Source: a virus
Length of the DNA: 64,000 bases
Direction: 5' to 3' (one strand)
IMG/VR virus record: IMGVR_UViG_3300035670_012130
Location: 42,126-106,125 of that record
The translations under genes were made by a program, and so were the position numbers. Below are positions 1 to 8,204 of this stretch, piece after piece. The notes beneath the pieces were generated by a model. The model was not told where the DNA came from and ran no database searches. It saw only the letters and a program-made list of their open reading frames with translations. Position 1 is the stretch's first letter, and each line of letters opens with the position of its first letter.

Positions 1-594
1 GACAAGAACGATGTTCCAATGGTCCTTGAAAAAGCAATTCAAAAATGTGTTAATGACAGACCTGGACCTTGCTGGATTGATATTCCTTCTGATATTCAAA
101 CCCAAGAAATCGATAATAGTTTTTTATTTCCAAATATTGAAACTGAAAAAAAAATTTTAAACAAAACTTATATTGAAGAATTTTTCAGTATTTTAAATAA
201 TAGCAAGAGACCATTGATTTTGTTAGGTTCAGGGATAAATATTTCTGATTGTAAACAAGAAGTAATTGATTTTATTGAATTGAATCAAATTCCAACAGTC
301 AGTACATTTTCTGCAAAAAATATTTTGCCTTTTGATCACAAATTAAGTATTGGCACTATTGGAATAAAAGGAAGTAGAGCTGGAAATTTTGCTTTACAAA
401 ATTGTGATCTGTTAATTGCTTTAGGTTGTTCATTAAATTCATCACATACGGGATATGATAAAAAACTATTCTCACCAAAATCCAAAAAAATCTTGGTAAA
501 TATTGATGAGAATGATTATTTGAAAAATAATGTAGATTTTGATCTATTTATAAAAAAAGACTTAAAAGGCTTCTTAAATGACATCAAGAATTGA
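1..594 (+). CDS. ThDP-dependent enzyme (acetolactate synthase-like), N-terminal/central part; 5'-truncated by the window
   Basis: Frame is open from base 1. RPGPCWIDIPSDIQ matches the ALS-family RPGPVxxDxPxD motif; SKRPLILLGSG, GxxGxRAGNFALQNCDLLIALG and NIDEND match the central domain. Confidence 0.85.
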   Translation, partial: DKNDVPMVLEKAIQKCVNDRPGPCWIDIPSDIQTQEIDNSFLFPNIETEKKILNKTYIEEFFSILNNSKRPLILLGSGINISDCKQEVIDFIELNQIPTVSTFSAKNILPFDHKLSIGTIGIKGSRAGNFALQNCDLLIALGCSLNSSHTGYDKKLFSPKSKKILVNIDENDYLKNNVDFDLFIKKDLKGFLNDIKN

Positions 595-1333
595 CTGGAT
601 TGAAAAGTGTAATTATTGGAAAGAAAAATGGCCTTTGTATACAGATTGTTTCATTGATGACAATGATGGAATAAATTTATATACAATAATTGAGACTATA
701 AATAATTGCTCTAACACCAAAGACATTTTGATGACTGACGCTGGTTCTGCAAATTATGTTTGTTGCCAAAATTTAAAATTAAAAAAAGATCAAAAATTTA
801 TTTTTCCTGCAGCTCAAGGTGATATGGGATTTTGTATACCTGCTTGTGTTGGAGCCCAATTGGCAAATCCTGACCATAATATAATTGCAATTATTGGAGA
901 TGGCAGTTTTCAAACAAATATTCAGGAACTTGCTTCTATAAAAGCAATAAAATCTAATTCTAAAATTGTAGTTTTGAACAATGAAGGCTATCTAAGTATT
1001 AGAAACACACAAAGTAAATTTTTTAATGGAAATGTCTATGGTGAATCTAAAAGTACAGGCTTATGGTTTCCTGATCTTAAAAAAATTGCTACAGCATATG
1101 AATTCGAATATTTCAGAATCGAAAGTAATAAAGATTTAGTTGATATTTTTGAAAACGAACTTCACAGTGAAAAACCAATTATTTTTGACATCAAATGCAA
1201 ATATTCTCAAGATGTAATACCAACTTCAGCTTTAAAAATAGATAAAAATTCAGGTAAAAAAATTCAATGTGGCTTAGATGACATGTATCCTTTCATGAGC
1301 GATGAAGAGCATTCAAAAGAGATGTTATATTGA
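578..1333 (+). CDS. ThDP-dependent enzyme, C-terminal TPP-binding domain
   Basis: GDMGFCIPACVGA and the GDGSFQ...VLNNEGY ThDP/Mg-binding motif; overlaps the upstream ORF by 17 nt in another frame. Confidence 0.9.
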   Translation: MTSRIDWIEKCNYWKEKWPLYTDCFIDDNDGINLYTIIETINNCSNTKDILMTDAGSANYVCCQNLKLKKDQKFIFPAAQGDMGFCIPACVGAQLANPDHNIIAIIGDGSFQTNIQELASIKAIKSNSKIVVLNNEGYLSIRNTQSKFFNGNVYGESKSTGLWFPDLKKIATAYEFEYFRIESNKDLVDIFENELHSEKPIIFDIKCKYSQDVIPTSALKIDKNSGKKIQCGLDDMYPFMSDEEHSKEMLY

Positions 1334-2124
1334 TGAATATACTAATTACTGGTGGAGAAGGCTATGTTGCCTCAAACTTATATAAGAACCTTGAATCAAG
1401 TTATAATTTAACTACAATTTCAAGAAAAGATTTAGATTTGACTATTTCTTCAGAGGTAAATGCTTTTTTTGAAAATAAATTTTTCGACATTGTTTTTCAT
1501 TGTGCTGTATGTGGAGGTAGCAGGTTAAAATTAGATAGTTATTATGAAATGGATAATAATTTGAAAATGTATTATAATCTACATCAATTAAAAGATAAGC
1601 ATTTCAAAAAATTTATCACATTTGGTTCAGGTGCAGAAACACACTCATCTCATACTCCTTATGGATTGAGCAAACATGTAATAGCTCAATCCATCTCTGA
1701 AACTGAGAACTTTTATAATCTTGTAATTTTTGCTCTTTTTGATTCAAGTGAATGGGAATCTAGATTTATAAAAGCAAATATTTTACGTTACATAAATAAA
1801 GATTCTATAATTATTCACCAAGATAAATACATGGATTTTTTTTACATGAATGATTTTATAAAAGTAATAAAATACTATATTGAAAATCAAAGCTGCCCAA
1901 AATCAATTAATTTTTCATACGGTGAATCAACAAAACTTTCAGACATTGCAAAAAAAATCAACAATCTAAATAATTATAAAGTTGATATTTGTATAGAAAA
2001 TCAAGAAATTGCACCAAGCTATTGTGGAGATTATAATTTGGATGCATTGAATATTAATTTCGATGGCTTATACAATGGCATTGAAAAAGTTTTTGATGAA
2101 ATAAATTCTGCAAATTACAAATAA
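1330..2124 (+). CDS. NAD-dependent epimerase/dehydratase (extended SDR)
   Basis: ILITGGEGYVA Rossmann motif, YGLSK catalytic YxxxK, DFFYMND. Confidence 0.88.
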   Translation: MMNILITGGEGYVASNLYKNLESSYNLTTISRKDLDLTISSEVNAFFENKFFDIVFHCAVCGGSRLKLDSYYEMDNNLKMYYNLHQLKDKHFKKFITFGSGAETHSSHTPYGLSKHVIAQSISETENFYNLVIFALFDSSEWESRFIKANILRYINKDSIIIHQDKYMDFFYMNDFIKVIKYYIENQSCPKSINFSYGESTKLSDIAKKINNLNNYKVDICIENQEIAPSYCGDYNLDALNINFDGLYNGIEKVFDEINSANYK

Positions 2125-2134
2125 TAAAAATAAG

Positions 2135-2140
2135 TATAAT
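2135..2140 (+). promoter_or_regulatory. -10 element TATAAT six bases before the ATG (leaderless-type promoter)
   Basis: TATAAT-gtaaat-ATG(2147); no Shine-Dalgarno and no clear -35. Confidence 0.6.
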
Positions 2141-2146
2141 GTAAAT

Positions 2147-2803
2147 ATGTCTAGATTTGATACAGATTTAATTTTCAAGATTGATGAAAAATGGTTTTGG
2201 CGTAAAGATGATTACAATTTGAAGACCTACAATGGCCTTTCAAGTGAGACAGATCTACTCAAAGTTGTTCAACCCTATCTCAAAGGTAAAAAAGTCGTAG
2301 TTCAAGCTGGTGGAAATTGTGGTATGCAAGTTGTTAAATTTGCAGAATTTTTTGATACAGTTTACACTTTTGAACCTGATCCTATTAATTTTCATTGTTT
2401 AGTTAACAATTTGCCATATGATAATGTAATAAAATTCCAGTGTTGTCTGGGCGATTCTCATAAAATGGTTTCAATGACTACTTTGCCCAATGAAATAGGT
2501 GGTTTTTATGTCAATGAAAATTTGGGTACAACTCCTACACTTAGAGTTGATGATTTGAATTTAACTTACTGTGATTTTTTACAGCTTGATGTTGAGGGTT
2601 ATCAACTTTATGCACTTAAAGGTGCTATAAACACAATCAAGAAATTCCATCCAGTTATTAGTGTTGAATTTGATTGGGCTTTTAGATATAATCACAGCAC
2701 ATCTGATATTAGAAATTTTTTAGCAAGCTTAGGCTACGAAAAAGTCGAGTCTTACACAACTGATCATATTTATATTTATAAAAATCTTTCATTTAGTTTA
2801 TGA
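2147..2803 (+). CDS. FkbM-family SAM-dependent methyltransferase
   Basis: VVQAGGNCG motif I, VYTFEPDP, DFLQLDVEGY, ISVEF. Confidence 0.88.
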   Translation: MSRFDTDLIFKIDEKWFWRKDDYNLKTYNGLSSETDLLKVVQPYLKGKKVVVQAGGNCGMQVVKFAEFFDTVYTFEPDPINFHCLVNNLPYDNVIKFQCCLGDSHKMVSMTTLPNEIGGFYVNENLGTTPTLRVDDLNLTYCDFLQLDVEGYQLYALKGAINTIKKFHPVISVEFDWAFRYNHSTSDIRNFLASLGYEKVESYTTDHIYIYKNLSFSL

Positions 2804-3696
2804 AAATATTAATTACAGGTGCTGGTGGTTTTTTAGGATCAAATATTTGCAATTTGCTATCTAAAAAGCATGAAATTTTAGCTATATCTAGAAATTTTGA
2901 AAAACTAAATAGAGAAAGTAATATAATCTGTCATAAATTAGATATGGCAGATTATAATCTTTTAAAAGAACAAGTGCAAAATTTTATTCCAGAAGTAGTA
3001 ATTCATTGCGCATGGATGGGCGGAAATTCTTCTAGAGACATTAATGAACTGTGGCAAGCAGATAACATCATTTACAGCAATGAACTTCTTAAGTTTTGCT
3101 CATCTCTAGGGATTAGACATTTTATAGGATTTGGATCTTCTGCTGAGTATGGAAATCATTTATGCAAACTAAATGAACTCACAGTTTGTAAACCTACAAC
3201 CATGTACGGTATTACTAAGAATTCATTTAGACACATAGCAGAGAATTATTGTGAATCTAATAATATCAATTTCAGTTGGGTAAGACCAGTTTTTACTTAT
3301 GGTCCAAGAGATGTTGAGACAAGACTAATTCCTAAAGCTATTATATCTTTTTTGAAAAACCAAGATCTTGTATTGAATAAATGTTCAGCCGTAGTAGATT
3401 ATTTATTTGTTGAAGATTTTTGTAAAGCCATACAATGCATTGTTGAACAAGAAATAATTGGAGATTTTACCATATCTTCTGATGATGAAATTAATATAAA
3501 AAAATTAGTTGAAATGATTTATGAAAAAATTAATTCTAAATCTAATTTAATTTTTGATGAAAGTAAACCTGATTACAGCCATCAATATGTTTGTGGTTCA
3601 TCAGAAAAATTAAAATCTTTGTCTGATTGGCGCCCGCTGATTTCTTTAGAGAATGGTTTAGATAAAACCATTTCCTACTTTGAAAAGTTCGTATAA
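2800..3696 (+). CDS. NAD-dependent epimerase/dehydratase (nucleotide-sugar reductase/epimerase-like)
   Basis: ILITGAGGFLG, GSSAEYG, YGITK, YGP, DYLFVED; ATGA overlap with the upstream stop. Confidence 0.9.
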   Translation: MKILITGAGGFLGSNICNLLSKKHEILAISRNFEKLNRESNIICHKLDMADYNLLKEQVQNFIPEVVIHCAWMGGNSSRDINELWQADNIIYSNELLKFCSSLGIRHFIGFGSSAEYGNHLCKLNELTVCKPTTMYGITKNSFRHIAENYCESNNINFSWVRPVFTYGPRDVETRLIPKAIISFLKNQDLVLNKCSAVVDYLFVEDFCKAIQCIVEQEIIGDFTISSDDEINIKKLVEMIYEKINSKSNLIFDESKPDYSHQYVCGSSEKLKSLSDWRPLISLENGLDKTISYFEKFV

Positions 3697-3697
3697 T
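3692..3697 (+). promoter_or_regulatory. -10 element TATAAT six bases before the ATG
   Basis: TATAAT-attttt-ATG(3704). Confidence 0.55.
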
Positions 3698-3703
3698 ATT
3701 TTT

Positions 3704-4513
3704 ATGAATAATCTTTTGCTAAATTTTCTAGATGGTAATCGCATACTCGAATCAATTGATGCAGATATATACCTTGCATCATTATCAAAACACAAAACAT
3801 TTAAAAAACTTGTATGTGTTTACAATGTTGATTCCGAGCAAATCAAAAAACTTGAGAAGTATTATGATTATGTAATACCAGTTGAAAAAGGATTAACACC
3901 AATAAACTTTTGCTATTTAGCTTATTATAATTGGCTTTGTGAAAATGGCAAAGATTTCAAGTATGTAATGCATTGCGATATGCGTGATGTTGTAATTCAA
4001 AAAGATCCATTTGAATTTATGGAAAATCATCCAGATAAAGAACTATTTTTAGTTTGTGAAGGAATGAAAATTAAAGAGAATGATTGCAACAAAATGTGGC
4101 ATGACTGGGTTTTAAATACAATAATTTACAATAAAGAAACCTACGATGATTCTTATGTTTTGAATGGAGGAACATATGGTGGGAAAACAAATGCTTTTCT
4201 AAATTACTGTACATTGATACTCACAGCAATGAATAGAAAGTTCCATTATATTATTCCAGATCAAGCTATGTTGGGTTATTTATATAGACAATTAAGTCAA
4301 AATCCAAATGTTATGCTAACTCATCCTATGACAGATACTTTTTGTGCAACTGGCGAGGCAATAAAAAGAGATAACGTTGATGTTTATTTTGACGGTACAA
4401 ATGTCTGCAATCAATTAGGGGAAAAGTATTGTTTATTCCATCAATGGGATAGAACTGAGGTGGCTGAACTGTTAAGAAATAAGTTTAAAAATACTTTGTC
4501 ATTCAGCCTTTAA
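3704..4513 (+). CDS. Putative GT-A-fold glycosyltransferase-like protein (ATG 3704 preferred over TTG 3680)
   Basis: HCDMRDVVIQKDPF acidic motif, LNGGTYGG, DQAMLG, HQWDR are typical of GT-A-like proteins; sugar-cluster context. Confidence 0.65.
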   Translation: MNNLLLNFLDGNRILESIDADIYLASLSKHKTFKKLVCVYNVDSEQIKKLEKYYDYVIPVEKGLTPINFCYLAYYNWLCENGKDFKYVMHCDMRDVVIQKDPFEFMENHPDKELFLVCEGMKIKENDCNKMWHDWVLNTIIYNKETYDDSYVLNGGTYGGKTNAFLNYCTLILTAMNRKFHYIIPDQAMLGYLYRQLSQNPNVMLTHPMTDTFCATGEAIKRDNVDVYFDGTNVCNQLGEKYCLFHQWDRTEVAELLRNKFKNTLSFSL

Positions 4514-5097
4514 CCTAATTCTCGTTCTATATCAATATCAAGATCTGCAGCTGTTTCAGGTTTAGCTTCATTTTTAGTAGCTAAAATAAGTTGAATAGTT
4601 TCAAACTCTTTCATACTCAAGTTAGAAAATTCATCTTTACTCATAGAAACTAAACCTCGTGTCATATAGTCTATTTCAACAACTAGTGGTGGCACGGGGT
4701 AAGTTTCTGTATCATTTGGGTTGTAATATTTTTTTGTCGCAACATAATAAAAGTTAGCTTCATCAGCATTCAAATATAGATAATTCTGATATTCAACCCA
4801 CAACTTTTCTACAATCTGATAGTCTAGCTTTTCTAATAATGAGATTTCGAATTCAGGCATATAATCTATGTTAGTACTTGTGTCATACGCTCTTAATATT
4901 GCTAAATTTAAAATCTCTCTTTTTTCAAATTCAGAATTTTGATAAACTATATTATCTTTTTTTCTAAATGATTTGGCATCTATCAACAAGCCTTCTTTCC
5001 AAGTTATTTCTCTAACTATAAACTTTACAGTATCTATCGTGATGATATGAGTTCTGTTTGATTTAATTTTATCGTAAAATTCAATAAATTCTTTCAT
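4510..5097 (-). CDS. Putative tail assembly chaperone
   Basis: Small acidic protein with FIVREITWKE N-terminal motif and a C-terminal SKDEFSNLSMKEF segment; follows a tube-like gene. Confidence 0.5.
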   Translation of the reverse strand: MKEFIEFYDKIKSNRTHIITIDTVKFIVREITWKEGLLIDAKSFRKKDNIVYQNSEFEKREILNLAILRAYDTSTNIDYMPEFEISLLEKLDYQIVEKLWVEYQNYLYLNADEANFYYVATKKYYNPNDTETYPVPPLVVEIDYMTRGLVSMSKDEFSNLSMKEFETIQLILATKNEAKPETAADLDIDIERELG

Positions 5098-6338
5098 TAT
5101 AAAAATTCTGATACTCTAGTATTTGATAAACCATTAAAAGCTGTAAATTCTGTCAATCTTGCAGTAAAATTATATTCAATAAAATATCCAGAACCAGGAC
5201 TAATTGTTATTGTAGGTTGTTGCCAATCTACATTTTTCATACTGTAGAAAAATACACTTCCAAAGTACAAGGTCAAAGCAGATGCATTTGTTTGAATAAA
5301 TCCATAATTTTGAGGACTAAATAGTTTTAATGATCCAGTAACTCTTCTATTGCTTAATGATGCAAATCTTGGTCCAGCAATATCATAAAATTCGTACAAA
5401 TTATTTCCAAATGAGTAACCAGGATAGGTGAACGTAAAGTCTATAGATTGTTGAATTGACAAAGACATGTTGACGATTTTATGCACTGGCATACTATTTG
5501 AATTGTAGGAATTTTGAACAGCTTTGGCAAAATCTTTAAAAGCATTATTTCCTGTAAATAAGCCTGGATAAAAGGCGCAATCAGAAAGATTTATTGCTCT
5601 ATACTTGTCTTGAAAATTATTTGATTCATCAGTATTTAGTTGATTATCCAATTCGTTTATTGTCTTCATTTTTATATAATTGTTATTTAAAAATGGTCTA
5701 TAAACAGTAATATTATCTGGAGATATGACAGATCTACCTCCGACTAACGAGCATGAAATTTCTACATCACCAAGTTGATTTAAGCCATCTACGCTTATTT
5801 GAAAATTACTTACAAAAGCAGGCCCAAAAGATTTGTGTGTTGGAATACTTGAGCAAAAAAGTAACGGATAAAGCGGTATATAAGAAGCTCTATACATTAT
5901 AATTTCTGCAGAATATTGTTGATTTACATTAGTAGATAATATTGGGTTAAAAGAAAAGTTTCCTGAATATTGATAATTTGTAAATGTTGGATGATTTAAT
6001 GCAGCTAGACCTGAAAAATTTTGAATTGGTTGATATACATTGTCGCCAGCATTATCAGTGAAATTAGAACAATATAATGGTTTATATTCGTTAGAAAATC
6101 TTTTAGTAAAATAAAACCCTTGTGAAGCTCGATTTGACATATTTGCGCTTAGCAAATATAAATCCCATAAATGAGATCTTGAACCAGTGGTGTTTTTGGC
6201 AACTCTGTATCCACCAAATGATTTTAACTGTTGAGTATATAAACCTGTCGATGAAAAAGGAGCCAGTTCGCAAACATATATATTATGTCCTGATGCTGGG
6301 TAAACTCCATTTATGACATTGTTTATAATATCTGGCAT
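5097..6338 (-). CDS. Putative tail tube-like protein (copy 2)
   Basis: Beta-rich; VSNFQISVD, VNMSLSIQQSI, RRVTGSLKL parallel the motifs of the 6725-8197 protein. Confidence 0.5.
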   Translation of the reverse strand: MPDIINNVINGVYPASGHNIYVCELAPFSSTGLYTQQLKSFGGYRVAKNTTGSRSHLWDLYLLSANMSNRASQGFYFTKRFSNEYKPLYCSNFTDNAGDNVYQPIQNFSGLAALNHPTFTNYQYSGNFSFNPILSTNVNQQYSAEIIMYRASYIPLYPLLFCSSIPTHKSFGPAFVSNFQISVDGLNQLGDVEISCSLVGGRSVISPDNITVYRPFLNNNYIKMKTINELDNQLNTDESNNFQDKYRAINLSDCAFYPGLFTGNNAFKDFAKAVQNSYNSNSMPVHKIVNMSLSIQQSIDFTFTYPGYSFGNNLYEFYDIAGPRFASLSNRRVTGSLKLFSPQNYGFIQTNASALTLYFGSVFFYSMKNVDWQQPTITISPGSGYFIEYNFTARLTEFTAFNGLSNTRVSEFL

Positions 6339-6725
6339 TTATTTTCCGCCTGTCATTTCCAACCATTTTTTTGATAAGGCTTTCACTAATTCGTATCTAA
6401 TCATATTTACATTATGGGGATCTGGATAATAAGTTTCTACATTTTCCCCTTCTATAATCTTAATTACAGAAAAGAAATTTGTAATGATGTTTTTGCAAAG
6501 CACTGATGTTCGCAATAAAGGATTACCAGTTACAGAATTGATAATTGTAGCTTCTTCTATAATATTCGACATATCGGAAAAGTTTCTTCCTTTGACATCA
6601 CAAGAAATCAAACATTTTCCGTTCGGATCAATCTTATAACAAAGTATTTCACCATCTTCGTTTTTAATGATGTTACAATTTAATTTTAATTCAAATCTTT
6701 TTCCAGCGTCTACAAAAATACTCAT
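6339..6725 (-). CDS. Hypothetical protein, possible tail assembly chaperone
   Basis: 128 aa, sits directly after a tube-like gene; position-based call only. Confidence 0.35.
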   Translation of the reverse strand: MSIFVDAGKRFELKLNCNIIKNEDGEILCYKIDPNGKCLISCDVKGRNFSDMSNIIEEATIINSVTGNPLLRTSVLCKNIITNFFSVIKIIEGENVETYYPDPHNVNMIRYELVKALSKKWLEMTGGK

Positions 6726-8197
6726 TAATAAATTCCTGTTGATTTCAATACTGGGTCAAATGTATAATTCTGAGTAGCAACTGAAAAATTTACTTTATTT
6801 TTTTGGTATTCCATTCTAGAGTGTTCTTGAGAATCAGTTGACCATACAACTTCAGGTAGTTCTAACTTTATTGGCCCCATATCAAAAGTTATACCGTCAT
6901 TATTGATGCTACTTGGTCCAGACAGAAATTCAACCATCGCCCAAGGTTTAATAGGACCTGTGTATGTAAGTGACCCTGATATTTTACGTCCTTCTGAATA
7001 GTACCCATATGGTAAAGAATTTTTAAAGAAGTTTTGTTTTGAATCACTACTTTTTGAATTTAATGTAAAAATAGGTTTCAAATTATTTTCTATACTTATA
7101 TCCATCTCAGTGACATATATACTATCTAATTTTGATTGTTGAAATCCTCTGAATAACTTTGAGTCAATCATGGTTCCAAGACCAAACAACCCGTATTCTG
7201 GAGCACTTTTATAAACTCTTGTATTGAAACCATTTAATATATAACTTGGTTTTTTCTTAAAATAACTTTCAACGATTGAAGTAAAATTATTATATAGTTG
7301 AACTTGATATGTTCGGTCAACATTCAAAACTTTCAAGTCAATGTAAGCTATTATTTGTTCTCCAGGCTTAAAATTAATAGCAAACTTATCAACAAGACAA
7401 CCACTTAATAATCCTTGTTTCAATGTAAATAACGAAAATGATGCTTCTCTGCCAGTAGATTGAGGATAAGCTGAAATATATGATGTATCTCTATTAAAAG
7501 AAGTATTTATTCCAGCCCCTATGGTAAGTAATCTATTTGTTTTATCAATACCAGTTATTTCGATTAAGTCATAATATGAATTATTGTCAGATTTAATTTT
7601 TGCTTCAAATGGTAAATCTAAACCCATAAATTCAGCTATATTATCAATATACAACTGCGTTGATCCAACTCCTATAACTGAGGAGTTGTCTGTAGTAAAT
7701 CTTCCTATAAATGAAGTTGGTGAACCCTTGAATGCTTGAATACAATAATCAAAAAAAGCAGCAAGAGAAAAATCTAAATATCCCCAACTATCTACTTTAA
7801 AAGGATAGGTAAAACTTACATTATATTCTTTGGGGCCTAATTGAAATGTATTAGGGTTTGCTCCTTCACCAGCATATCTCTGACCAGCATCTGCTTCTTG
7901 CGCTCCACGTATATTAAAGTTGTCAATTGAAAAAAGATAATTTGAATTTATATTACTGAAAGATAAATTAAAATCTGGATCTTCAGAATACTCTCTGGAC
8001 AAAACAAACAAATCATAATAACCTGTTTCAAAAGCTGGAGCGTATAATTGCGAACTAAAGTTATTGTATGCTTCTTTATATAAATACTGGTTCGGAACAG
8101 ATTCTGAGCTTCCAATACTAGAGGCTAATATTGTTTGATCAACAGCAAAAGAATTAACATTTGATTTTATTGAACTTGCACGAATACTTTTTCTCAT
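6725..8197 (-). CDS. Putative tail tube-like protein (copy 1; ATG 8197 preferred over 8221)
   Basis: GCLVDKFAINFKPGE, EMDISIENNLKP, EGRKISGSL are tube-protein-like motifs; carries a small inserted beta domain. Confidence 0.6.
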   Translation of the reverse strand: MRKSIRASSIKSNVNSFAVDQTILASSIGSSESVPNQYLYKEAYNNFSSQLYAPAFETGYYDLFVLSREYSEDPDFNLSFSNINSNYLFSIDNFNIRGAQEADAGQRYAGEGANPNTFQLGPKEYNVSFTYPFKVDSWGYLDFSLAAFFDYCIQAFKGSPTSFIGRFTTDNSSVIGVGSTQLYIDNIAEFMGLDLPFEAKIKSDNNSYYDLIEITGIDKTNRLLTIGAGINTSFNRDTSYISAYPQSTGREASFSLFTLKQGLLSGCLVDKFAINFKPGEQIIAYIDLKVLNVDRTYQVQLYNNFTSIVESYFKKKPSYILNGFNTRVYKSAPEYGLFGLGTMIDSKLFRGFQQSKLDSIYVTEMDISIENNLKPIFTLNSKSSDSKQNFFKNSLPYGYYSEGRKISGSLTYTGPIKPWAMVEFLSGPSSINNDGITFDMGPIKLELPEVVWSTDSQEHSRMEYQKNKVNFSVATQNYTFDPVLKSTGIY

Positions 8198-8204
8198 ATA
8201 AAAC

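Noticed and set aside
1-1333. ilvB for branched-chain amino acid synthesis
   Set aside because: No ilv or leu neighbours or regulatory subunit in view; the context is nucleotide-sugar enzymes, so no gene symbol was assigned.
4510-6725. Programmed -1 frameshift in tail chaperone genes (lambda G/GT type)
   Set aside because: No overlapping downstream ORF needs one; the 195-aa protein seems to hold both parts in one frame, and A runs are common here.
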